A DNA stretch of 62,047 nucleotides from an uncultured Candidatus Saccharibacteria bacterium. Its GTDB lineage: Bacteria; Patescibacteriota; SOKK01. Below the pieces are notes generated by a model. It saw only the letters and a list, made by a program, of their open reading frames with translations. It had not been told where the DNA came from and did not search any database. The DNA lies in the NCBI GenBank assembly GCA_964518965.1, contig CAZFJP010000014.1, forward strand, positions 1 to 62,047, given 5' to 3'. A program made the translations under genes and the position numbers. Shown here piece by piece: positions 54,301 to 61,612 of this stretch. Position 1 is the stretch's first letter, and the number at the start of each line of letters is the position of its first letter.

Positions 54301-54811
54301 TGAAATCGCTGATCTTATTGATAGTTCTACTTATAAAATTAGAGTTGCTGGTCGCGATCAGTTTGGTAACGCAATAGCGTCTGATGAGTATACTTATCTT
54401 ACTCCCAAGGATTCTCGTCCTCCGAAGATTATTGATTTGGTCGCAGAGGCATCAACGGTGGGAATCGGAGAGAATTCTCGCGGTCAGATAATTGTCTCCT
54501 GGCAGACCGATGAGGCAGCAACTTCCCAAATTGAATATGGAGAGGGGATTACGGGTAGTTTTTACGCAATGCAAACTAAAGAAGACACTTTCTTAGTTAA
54601 GGATCACTTGGTAATTGTTTCTGATCTTGATCCCGCCAAGCCCTATCACTTCCGTGCAGTTTCCAAGGATGTTGCGGGAAATCCTGCTTACTCTTCTGAT
54701 AATACGACAATTACTGGTAAGGCGAAGCGCAGTGTCCTACAAATTATTATTGAAAGTTTTGAAAAATCATTTGGCTGGTTGAAAAATTTTAGTCACACTT
54801 TAGGTTTTTAA
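51377..54811 (+). CDS. Giant surface protein: LamG-like domain interrupted by an NHL-repeat beta-propeller, followed by an FN3-like array
   Basis: RBS aaggggga. N-terminal TM/signal. Six to seven NHL-type repeats (Y.ADxxNxRI(V/I)KTKxDGTGW). LamG-like halves on both sides. At least six FN3-like modules. Confidence 0.9.
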   Translation: MAKKHHSQNKSHQLKSKRLILTAIAISLFILTIFLVSPTSSAPPQTFRVNWDSSVLTADYGAGDTTAYNDGTPVDLISPGYGGAGGAIKPSSGQTLKYKIADNLDKEKGQIEMKFKLPFDLTGDQSKAKFNGPRNVFYDSDSSYLYVADGINDRIVKTKFDGTGWETLGSTGTGVGQLDDPHDVYYDPVSDYLYIADRANNRIIKTKMDGTGWTAYGSNGSGVGQFNSPCAVNYDSASGFLYICDRGNHRIIKTKMDGTGWTTYGTSGSGVGNFSNPRDLHYDVASDFVYVADSGNHRIVKTKMDGTGWASYGSSGNGVGKFNTPNGISFNSADSFIYVSDSANSRLVKTKIDGTGWTTKTGFNWPAGCYFDPDTDFNYLGNGTGVNYQIVKTKIDGTGWATYGSTGNPPSVRNLFRTSGVNPMWLNVSSDDGRFKFYVALGEIAYVAQSDPQTLSQDIWHTIKANYNNESGEVEILLDDVSLVSKTFSAWDEPSLGTYFYIGSDPDSASRALANDIDEFRLSSIGADIDPPTNPDTLEVRDKNGGSTLLTTNNWYNYPEPYFHWTGATDAGSGVQGYFVYFGTNASADPELAGDFQTADNYEPDFDLVNGSTYYLRIKTRDYAYNVSPSTWAPFVYKYDNDNPSQVEYINVDPPGPSTATSFDFDWLPATDATSGVKDYVYKLGSSGTPQSTSDTNLTGVAPYQEGDNILFLKPRDYAGNTPDSWQTAVYTTTTKVNVIDGPTTEVKSSFITVRWISDKQSTGYVLVYHGNDYVSEQGHTDLSNIHEVKVVGLDPETSYKFKLRTIDSHGNVAQSDWYKVTTAAPPRVSEVKIENIRQTEAWVSFKTSVAATTEIKWGTSSSYGKSATVTGAPNYATSHFYHLTNLVAGNNYCVGIDAKDEEGVSFFSDNHVFATPPYPQISDVQFEPVEDRPSTTIKVTWATNVPTSSQVIYAVEGKSPKESAKANLETEHEIEIADLIDSSTYKIRVAGRDQFGNAIASDEYTYLTPKDSRPPKIIDLVAEASTVGIGENSRGQIIVSWQTDEAATSQIEYGEGITGSFYAMQTKEDTFLVKDHLVIVSDLDPAKPYHFRAVSKDVAGNPAYSSDNTTITGKAKRSVLQIIIESFEKSFGWLKNFSHTLGF

Positions 54812-54838
54812 AAATGTAAGCAAGTTTTTCTCTTACCA

Positions 54839-55594
54839 ATGGCTAATCGCAATCAAAATAAATCAAAAAAAAGTAAATCAATTGTCATTGAAACACAGAA
54901 TCTGCGCAAGAGTTTTCGGTTTGCCAAAAGTGAGATTTCTGTTTTACGGGGAGTAGATTTGAAAGTCAAGGAAGGAGAATTAGTAGTGATTTTTGGTCCT
55001 TCTGGTTGCGGTAAATCCACTCTTTTGAATATCCTTTTGGGGTTGGAAGAACCAACAACTGGTGAGGTAAAAATTTTAGACGAGGAAATCTATAATCTTT
55101 CTCCTGATGAGCGTGCTCATTTTCGGGTACGCCGGATGGGAATGGTTTACCAGCAGCCAATTTGGATTCGTAGTTTGTCGGTAATTGAGAATGTTGCTTT
55201 TCCTTTGTACAATTTGAATTTGACTAAAACCAGTTCGCTTCGGGAAGCACGGTTAGTTTTGTCTTGGCTGGGACTGGAAAAGTTCAAAAATCATTATCCC
55301 GCAACACTTTCTGGAGGAGAGCAGCAAAAAGTAACCGTAGCGCGGGCGATTGTTGCTAACCCGACAATTGTTTTTGCTGATGAGCCAACTGGTAATCTGG
55401 ACACCAAGGCAGCAGGAGAAGTAATTGAAACTTTAAAATTTCTTAATCGGAAACTTGGTCGAACAGTGATCTTGGTTACTCACAATCCCCAATATCTTCA
55501 TTTATCAAAATCTTTGTACTATATGGAAGATGGAAAAGTTTTTAAAACTTCTTCGCAAGCGATCGCTAAACACATTGCCGAGATTTCTATTTAG
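54839..55594 (+). CDS. ABC transporter ATP-binding protein, MacB/LolD/FtsE clade
   Basis: 251 aa. Walker A GPSGCGKST, LSGGEQQKV, Walker B IVFADEPTGNLD. Confidence 0.9.
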   Translation: MANRNQNKSKKSKSIVIETQNLRKSFRFAKSEISVLRGVDLKVKEGELVVIFGPSGCGKSTLLNILLGLEEPTTGEVKILDEEIYNLSPDERAHFRVRRMGMVYQQPIWIRSLSVIENVAFPLYNLNLTKTSSLREARLVLSWLGLEKFKNHYPATLSGGEQQKVTVARAIVANPTIVFADEPTGNLDTKAAGEVIETLKFLNRKLGRTVILVTHNPQYLHLSKSLYYMEDGKVFKTSSQAIAKHIAEISI

Positions 55595-55602
55595 GGCTAA
55601 TT

Positions 55603-56802
55603 ATGAAGTTTAAGTATCTGTTAGAAATTGCTTTTCGGAATCTTTGGTTTCGGGTGGGACGTACGGTAATTACCATCGCGGGAGTGGTGATTGGCATTGG
55701 CGCGATTGTTTTTTTAGTATCTCTTGGTTATGGTTTGCAGAAAATGACCTTAGCACAAATTGGTACAATGAAACTTTTAGAGGTCTTGGATGTTTATAGT
55801 GAAAAATCAACAATTGTCAGAATGAATGACAAGGAAGTGGAAAGAATTAGTAATCTTGCTCATGTGGAAGCGACTACTCCTCTGATTAGTTTGGGAGGGA
55901 AAATCAAACGCGGTGACAAAGAAACGGAAGCAATAATTTATGGCGCCGAGAGGCGTTATTTTGATTTTTCGGAAACAAGTTTGAGCACTGGTGCTGGTTT
56001 TACCGGTGACTTAAATGAAGCGATTTTAAATACGGCTGCTTTGGATTTGCTGGGAGTAAAAAATCCTCGTGATGTTTTGGGAGAGACAATTAAAACTGAT
56101 GTGGTTTTAACCAAGAGCGTTGCCCCCAATTTAAAAAAAGAACGAGAAACAGAAAAGAATCTTAAAGTTAAGGTAGTGGGAGTAGTTTCCGAGAATGGCA
56201 GTGCTGCTGTTTATCTTCCTCTGTTCAAGCTAACCAGTAAAGGAGTAGAAAATTATCAACTCTTAAAGGTAAAAATTGATTCTAAGGAGTGGGTAGAACA
56301 ATTGCGTTTTCAAATTGAGAACTTTGGTTTCCGCGTAGATTGGATTGGTGATACGATTGCACAAGTTAATCAGGTCTTTAATTTATTTAAAATTATTCTG
56401 GGAGCTTTCGGAGGAATTGCTCTGCTTGTTTCTGCTCTAGGGATTTTTAATACTTTAACGGTTTCTTTAATGGAACGAACGCGGGAAATTGGGGTGATGC
56501 AGGTTCTCGGGATGCGCGGGAAGGATATTCAAAAACTTTTTCTGATTGAAGCGGGTTTGATTGGGGCGGTTGGGGGAACTGCGGGAACTCTGGTTGGTTA
56601 TGGATTGGGTCAACTTTTGAATTATCTTTTGCAAATTTTTGCTACGCGAGCAGGAGCAGAGGCAGTGGCGATTTTCTATACCCCGCTTCCTTTTGCAATT
56701 TTAGTCGGTCTTTTTGCTTTATTGATAGGGTTATTTACGGGAATTTATCCGGCGCTGCGAGCGAGACACATTCATTCCTTAGACGCACTCCGTTATGAGT
56801 GA
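55603..56802 (+). CDS. MacB/FtsX-type ABC permease
   Basis: 399 aa. TM1, an approximately 220-aa extracytoplasmic domain, then three C-terminal TM helices (FtsX fold). Confidence 0.88.
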   Translation: MKFKYLLEIAFRNLWFRVGRTVITIAGVVIGIGAIVFLVSLGYGLQKMTLAQIGTMKLLEVLDVYSEKSTIVRMNDKEVERISNLAHVEATTPLISLGGKIKRGDKETEAIIYGAERRYFDFSETSLSTGAGFTGDLNEAILNTAALDLLGVKNPRDVLGETIKTDVVLTKSVAPNLKKERETEKNLKVKVVGVVSENGSAAVYLPLFKLTSKGVENYQLLKVKIDSKEWVEQLRFQIENFGFRVDWIGDTIAQVNQVFNLFKIILGAFGGIALLVSALGIFNTLTVSLMERTREIGVMQVLGMRGKDIQKLFLIEAGLIGAVGGTAGTLVGYGLGQLLNYLLQIFATRAGAEAVAIFYTPLPFAILVGLFALLIGLFTGIYPALRARHIHSLDALRYE

Positions 56803-56875
56803 TTTTAAGAGTAACTGCTGTTTTTTCTTGCGGTTTTTTGATATAATTACTTTAGAAATATTTAGTTAATTTTTA

Positions 56876-57841
56876 ATGCAATCCTGTATGACTAAAAAAG
56901 CTTTTGTCGAGATTTCAATGACTGTTGTTTTTTTAGCAACGTTATTCATCTTGCCCGCTCACGCAAAAATCAAAGGGGAAGGATTAACCGTTTCTCCGCC
57001 GATTAGGGAAGTAACCTTGCAAAAAGGCCAGGTTACGGAAGGGGTGGTTAAACTGACTAATCCTACTGCCAAAACCATTACTGTTTATCCTCTTGCAATG
57101 AACTTTGGTGCGGAAGGTGAAGGAGGAGAACCACGTTTCTTTCCGGCTACTGATGAGCAGCAGACCTATTCTTTAGCAAAGTGGATCAAATTTTCCCAGA
57201 CCAAAATTGCTTTGACTTCTGAACAAGTTGTAGAATTCAATTATCAAATTGATGTTCCTGCCGATGCTGAACCGGGTGGTCATTACGGGGTGATTTTCTT
57301 CGCTACCAAGCCGCCGACTCTTGGAGATCAGACTAATCAGGTTGTTTTAAGCGGTATGGTTGGTTCTTTGATTTTGGGTATTGTCCCGGGGAAAATTAAG
57401 GAAAGTGCTTTATTGGAAGAGTTTTCTACTCGCAAGATCTACTTCAGTTTACCGGCTACTTTTGTGGTGCGCTTGAAAAACGCGGGTAATGTTCATTTTA
57501 AGCCAAATGGTGACATCGCAATTAAAGATATTACCGGTGGTGAGGTGAAAAGGGTGGTTTTGAATCAGGCGAAAGGAAATGTTTTACCGCAGAGTATCCG
57601 TAAGTTTGAGGAGAAATGGGAGGATGATAATAAATCGGTGTTTGGTTATGTGGGACCGTTTAAGGCTAATTTACGGGTGGTTTATGGAATGAAGGGATAT
57701 ACTTTGGACGGCAAGTTGAGCTTCTGGGTTATTCCTTGGTGGTTGATTGTTGCTCTCGGTATTGCTATTCTGGTCGTTGTTTACTTCATTATCCGTCACA
57801 ATATCAAGAAAAAGAAGCAGTTAGCCGCAGTGAAAAAATAG
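56876..57841 (+). CDS. DUF916/DUF3324-like cell-surface protein with C-terminal TM anchor
   Basis: Signal peptide, two beta-sandwich-like halves (LTVSPP..V.L.NPT.K.ITVYP..; GGHYGVIFF), C-terminal TM plus basic tail. Confidence 0.65.
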   Translation: MQSCMTKKAFVEISMTVVFLATLFILPAHAKIKGEGLTVSPPIREVTLQKGQVTEGVVKLTNPTAKTITVYPLAMNFGAEGEGGEPRFFPATDEQQTYSLAKWIKFSQTKIALTSEQVVEFNYQIDVPADAEPGGHYGVIFFATKPPTLGDQTNQVVLSGMVGSLILGIVPGKIKESALLEEFSTRKIYFSLPATFVVRLKNAGNVHFKPNGDIAIKDITGGEVKRVVLNQAKGNVLPQSIRKFEEKWEDDNKSVFGYVGPFKANLRVVYGMKGYTLDGKLSFWVIPWWLIVALGIAILVVVYFIIRHNIKKKKQLAAVKK

Positions 57842-57861
57842 CAGTTTTCTTGGTTAAATTC

Positions 57862-57893
57862 AAAAGCCGCGGGAGCTAATCTCGCGGCTTTTT
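57862..57893 (+). terminator. Intrinsic terminator
   Basis: aaaagccgcggg-agctaat-ctcgcggctttt. Confidence 0.8.
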
Positions 57894-57899
57894 GATTAG

Positions 57900-57951
57900 C
57901 CCTGCCCTTATGGCGGGGTTGTTTGGAAGAGGGATCCCGCCATGCGGCGGG
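57900..57951. repeat. Two GC-rich mini-hairpins of the CCCGCC..GGCGGG family
   Basis: ccctgcc-cttat-ggcgggg and cccgcc-atgc-ggcggg. Confidence 0.75.
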
Positions 57952-57975
57952 GTGGAGCTTGCTCCAATGTTTTAA

Positions 57976-58983
57976 GTACACACTTATGTCGGTTTTCATC
58001 TTAAGTTAATTGTAACATTTCATTAGGCGTCTTTCCGTTTAAAGCACAATGTTCTAAATCATTGTAGTAACTATTCCAGAGCTTGAGTTTCAAGACCAGC
58101 TCTTCAAAAGTGATGGTTCTAAAGTTAATTTTTTGGTAGAAACATTCTTTGTCAGTGCGATGGCTTCTTTCTACTTTGCCGTTTTGCTGCGGTTTACCGG
58201 GGTCAATGAGGTAATGAATAATGTTGTTCTTTTGATATTCTCGATCAAAAGAGTGAATTCGAGGATTTAAGGGATCACTACTCTTCTTGTAATCTATGTA
58301 TCTATTCGTGAAATAGCTGGCATTGTCAGTCTTGATTGCCTTGATCTGAAAAGGAGCACTTCTAATCAGTGTCTTGAAGAAATCAATAGATGTCCAGTTT
58401 GAATACTGATCGTAAATCTTGAGATATCTCCACCGCGAAGCACAATCAATGGCAGTAAACTGATAATACTTCTTTCCCTCAACCTTTTTAGGAACGTACC
58501 TGATATCAATCTCTACTAGTTCTCCCTTGGCTAAAGGAATCTTTAGATATTGGTATTTAATCTTCCTTGGCCGATACTTCCTTACTAATCCTTCTTGTTT
58601 CAAGAACTTACCGATCGTTCTGGGATGAATCGTAATGCCTTCTTTCTTTACCTTCCAAGCAAGTTTTAACGCGGAGAGCTTTGCCTTCCTTCTTAAAGCA
58701 AGAATCTCTTCTTTAATCCCAATCGGTGTTTCTTTAGGGTTACTCTTTGGTCTAGTTGATTTGGGGATTAATCCCTTCCTGCCTTCCTTTCTAAAACTTG
58801 CGACCCATCTTTCTAACGTTCTTTGTGAATAAGGGAATACCTTAACTACATCTTTGATCTTTGTTTCTTTTTTTACGATGGGTAAAACCCATCTTAATCT
58901 TTCTTCCTGAGTGTCTCTTGGTAGTTTGGTGCACATACCATTCATCATACATTTTCTCCTGAAACCGACAAATGTGTATGTAC
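57976..58983 (-). mobile_element. IS481-like insertion sequence (about 1.0 kb, single transposase ORF)
   Basis: Imperfect terminal inverted repeats gtacacacttatgtcggttttca (57976-57998) and tgaaaccgacaaatgtgtatgtac (58960-58983) flank the transposase gene. Confidence 0.8.
58001..58948 (-). CDS. DDE transposase, integrase-core (rve) domain, IS481-like
   Basis: 315 aa. N-terminal HTH, then DIRYVP.., TAIDCASRW, IKTDNAS, PGKPQQNGKVERSHRT. Confidence 0.9.
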   Translation of the reverse strand: MMNGMCTKLPRDTQEERLRWVLPIVKKETKIKDVVKVFPYSQRTLERWVASFRKEGRKGLIPKSTRPKSNPKETPIGIKEEILALRRKAKLSALKLAWKVKKEGITIHPRTIGKFLKQEGLVRKYRPRKIKYQYLKIPLAKGELVEIDIRYVPKKVEGKKYYQFTAIDCASRWRYLKIYDQYSNWTSIDFFKTLIRSAPFQIKAIKTDNASYFTNRYIDYKKSSDPLNPRIHSFDREYQKNNIIHYLIDPGKPQQNGKVERSHRTDKECFYQKINFRTITFEELVLKLKLWNSYYNDLEHCALNGKTPNEMLQLT

Positions 58984-59130
58984 ATTACCCAAAACGCTTG
59001 ACCAGTGCGGTTTTATATGTTATAATTAAGTAACTGATAAAAATTGATTATGGTGATATAAACCCTATTGGAATCACGAGGGACGGGGTAATTCAAGCCA
59101 ATCTTTATTGTTAGTTTAATAAAAACAAAA

Positions 59131-60249
59131 ATGAAAAAGCAAAACGTAAACCAGATTCTTTTCAAGCATTTTTGGAAAAGAAACGGGGGGATTCAGCCAA
59201 AAGGGTTTTTAGTACTATTTTTAGTACTCACTCTTTTGGTTTTTATATATCCAAGAGTCGCCCGCGCTGATGCACTAACTGCTCTCTCTGACACCATGAG
59301 TCGTTTGCAAAAGAGTACTGCATCTAATCACACGATTAAGTTCACCACTCCCACTGGTGCTGGTGATGTTGGTGATACCATTGAAATCACCATGCCGACT
59401 GGATTTACTATTGGCTCAGTAGATTACACAGATATTGACCTTTCTCACGGTCCTTCTACTGGTTATGAAACGGAGGAAAGTTTAGCAGCTGCGGCTTCAG
59501 GAACAGAATGGGGTGCTTCTTTCTCAGGTCAGGTACTCTCCTTGGAACACCCTACCAATGGTGCTAATGGTGATATTGAGCCGAATGACAAGGTAGTTGT
59601 AGAGATTGGTACCCATGCTACTTACCAAACTAATGGTGACCAGCAGATTACTAACCACGCTACTGCAGCTACTTACACAATTTCTATCGCTGGTGACTTT
59701 GGTGACTCGGGTAAAATTGCCATTGTGATTTTGGATGATGATCAGGTGGATGTTACCGCTAGTATTGATCCGGTGATTACTTTCTCTTTGTCTGCAAACG
59801 CTACTGATTTTGGCACTCTTGCTCCCGGTATAGTTGATACTTCTTCTCCAAATATTACCCTGACTATTGGTACTAATGCTAATAGTGGTTATACCATTAC
59901 GGTTCGTGATCAGGGAAACGGCTCTAATCCGGGCCTCTATAAATCAGCTTCACCGACCGATATCATCGGTTCTGCGGATGATAGTTACAGTGATACAGCA
60001 AATCTTGATTCGGTTATTGGTTATGGTATTCAGGGTTCTTCCGCGCAGGCAACAATCGCTACACGTTACAACCAGAGCGGTAATACCGTTGGTGGTTTGG
60101 AAATTATAGATACTACTTTAGCGAGTTATGCTAGTGCAATGAGTGCTGATCATACTATTACCGTTACTCATAAGGCAAAATCTGGTTCTTACAAGAAAGC
60201 AGGTTCATATAGCGATACTTTGACTTATATTGCGACGGCGAACTTCTAA
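59131..60249 (+). CDS. Secreted Thr/Gly/Ser-rich beta protein with WxL-like C-terminal sandwich (inference)
   Basis: Signal peptide (..PRVARA). Second half ITFSLSANATDFGTLAPG..ITLTIGTNANSGYTITV..KAGSYSDTLTYIATANF resembles the FG..G.Y..LTW.L pattern of WxL proteins but lacks the Trp. Confidence 0.7.
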   Translation: MKKQNVNQILFKHFWKRNGGIQPKGFLVLFLVLTLLVFIYPRVARADALTALSDTMSRLQKSTASNHTIKFTTPTGAGDVGDTIEITMPTGFTIGSVDYTDIDLSHGPSTGYETEESLAAAASGTEWGASFSGQVLSLEHPTNGANGDIEPNDKVVVEIGTHATYQTNGDQQITNHATAATYTISIAGDFGDSGKIAIVILDDDQVDVTASIDPVITFSLSANATDFGTLAPGIVDTSSPNITLTIGTNANSGYTITVRDQGNGSNPGLYKSASPTDIIGSADDSYSDTANLDSVIGYGIQGSSAQATIATRYNQSGNTVGGLEIIDTTLASYASAMSADHTITVTHKAKSGSYKKAGSYSDTLTYIATANF

Positions 60250-60251
60250 AA

Positions 60252-60283
60252 AGGGCAGAGGGCAAAGTCCAGAGGGCAGAGTC
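60252..60283. repeat. Single inverted arm of the AGGGCAGAG family
   Basis: agggcagagggcaaagtccagagggcagagtc. Its reverse complement matches ctctggactttgc and cctctgccct of 37494-37530. Confidence 0.7.
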
Positions 60284-60320
60284 GGAAATATAAAATGTTA
60301 AAAAGGGGCGGAGGAAAATT

Positions 60321-61226
60321 ATGATGGCGAAACGTCTGAATGCTTTTATTTTAACTTTCAGTTTATTTTTGGCATGTGTTTTTATCACTCCGCTTTTTGC
60401 GAAAGAAGTAGTGCGGGATGTTAGGGTTTCTGCACGTGTTCCTTCCACGGTTTCGCCGGAGCATTCTACAATTCAATTGAGTAAAACTCAAGCCGTTGCT
60501 GATCCCACCAAAGACCAGCCGGTTTTTTTAACGGTTTATTTAAGAGACGCAAAACAAAAACCCCTGCCTAAAGTGGAGGTAACTCTTACTTCCAGCAGAG
60601 GAGATTTGGATGTAATTGAAGCGGTTTCCAAGCTTTCTTTGCAGAATCACTACGCTTTGCGGGTGAATGTTTCCAAAATGAAATCTGATTTAACTGATAG
60701 CGATGGTAAGGTTTCTTTTCGGGTGAGCAGTTTTACGCCGGGTGAAGTTGTTTTGCTAATCAAAGCGGACAGTGGTGTTACGTTACCTGCGCAGACTATT
60801 CGTTTTCTGCCGACTTCCCTCTGGGATGAATTGACGATTACTTTTCCTCTGCTTGGGACTGACAAAGAAATTGCTTTGCTTAACCCCGAGGCAGAACTAA
60901 CAAAGGATCTTTCTCCTTTACAGTTAGAAGCACGCCGTAAGGTTCATGTGGATGCGAAAGTTCGTGTTCCCGGCTGGCTTTTGGTTCTTACTTTGTTTGC
61001 AATAATCAACATCGTTGGTTTTCTGATGTTTGTTTTGGCAATGTTGGGCAAAATCAAGCGGCTGGAGCACGAGGAAGTAGTGTTATTGCGCAAAATCTTT
61101 CATACTAAGAAAATTGAACGTTTGAAGAAATCGCTGATTAAAAATGGTTTCAATGGGGGGGCGAATAAAGATTTAAAAGTTAACGACAGCGAGAAAAGTA
61201 CCTTGATTAGACCGAATGGTAAATGA
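60321..61226 (+). CDS. Secreted bacterial Ig-like (Big_1-like) domain protein with C-terminal TM helix and cytoplasmic tail
   Basis: Signal peptide. Ig-like block (PVFLTVYLRDAKQKPLPKVEVTLTSSRGD..DSDGKVSFRVSS). TM helix near residue 230. Confidence 0.7.
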   Translation: MMAKRLNAFILTFSLFLACVFITPLFAKEVVRDVRVSARVPSTVSPEHSTIQLSKTQAVADPTKDQPVFLTVYLRDAKQKPLPKVEVTLTSSRGDLDVIEAVSKLSLQNHYALRVNVSKMKSDLTDSDGKVSFRVSSFTPGEVVLLIKADSGVTLPAQTIRFLPTSLWDELTITFPLLGTDKEIALLNPEAELTKDLSPLQLEARRKVHVDAKVRVPGWLLVLTLFAIINIVGFLMFVLAMLGKIKRLEHEEVVLLRKIFHTKKIERLKKSLIKNGFNGGANKDLKVNDSEKSTLIRPNGK

Positions 61227-61496
61227 CTCACAACTATTAATCAGGTGGGACTGAAAATGATAGTTTCCGCCAGAGGCAGACCCCGCTATGCGGGGAAAAA
61301 CCGAAAAACTTCCTTGATAATTAGTGGAAAAAGTTAAGTTGTCTCCATTTTTTAGATAAGTGATGTGTTCCAAGACAGTGGCGGTAACCTGAATTTGTTG
61401 ACTAGATGCGGAAACTCTGGATGGGCTTAGAGTTAGGGTAATTACTAAAATCAAAGTGAGAAATAGAGATAGTTTAATAAAGAATCGGGAGAACAT
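61173..61496 (-). CDS. Small secreted protein; 3' part doubtful
   Basis: Signal peptide (MFSRFFIKLSLFLTLILVITLTLSPSRVSA), then beta-like sequence. The C-terminal third reads through an intergenic-type repeat (61279-61296) and overlaps the convergent gene by 54 nt. Confidence 0.4.
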   Translation of the reverse strand: MFSRFFIKLSLFLTLILVITLTLSPSRVSASSQQIQVTATVLEHITYLKNGDNLTFSTNYQGSFSVFPRIAGSASGGNYHFQSHLINSCESFTIRSNQGTFLAVVNF

Positions 61497-61566
61497 ATTG
61501 AGGGAATAAGATTGAGGAATCATTTTAACACGGATTATTTAAAATTCAAAGTTCGGGGATAAACCT

Positions 61567-61594
61567 GTAGGGATAACTCTAGAGTTGTCCCTAC
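61567..61594. repeat. 28-nt near-perfect palindrome GTAGGGATAACTCTAGAGTTGTCCCTAC
   Basis: One mismatch. Shares gggataactct with 51184-51194. Confidence 0.8.
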
Positions 61595-61612
61595 AAAAAC
61601 GAAAAATCAAAA

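Noticed and set aside
61568-61577. TAGGGATAAC resembles the I-SceI homing-endonuclease site
   Set aside because: Only the first 10 of 18 nt match. There is no intron, rRNA gene or homing endonuclease nearby, so this is a coincidence.
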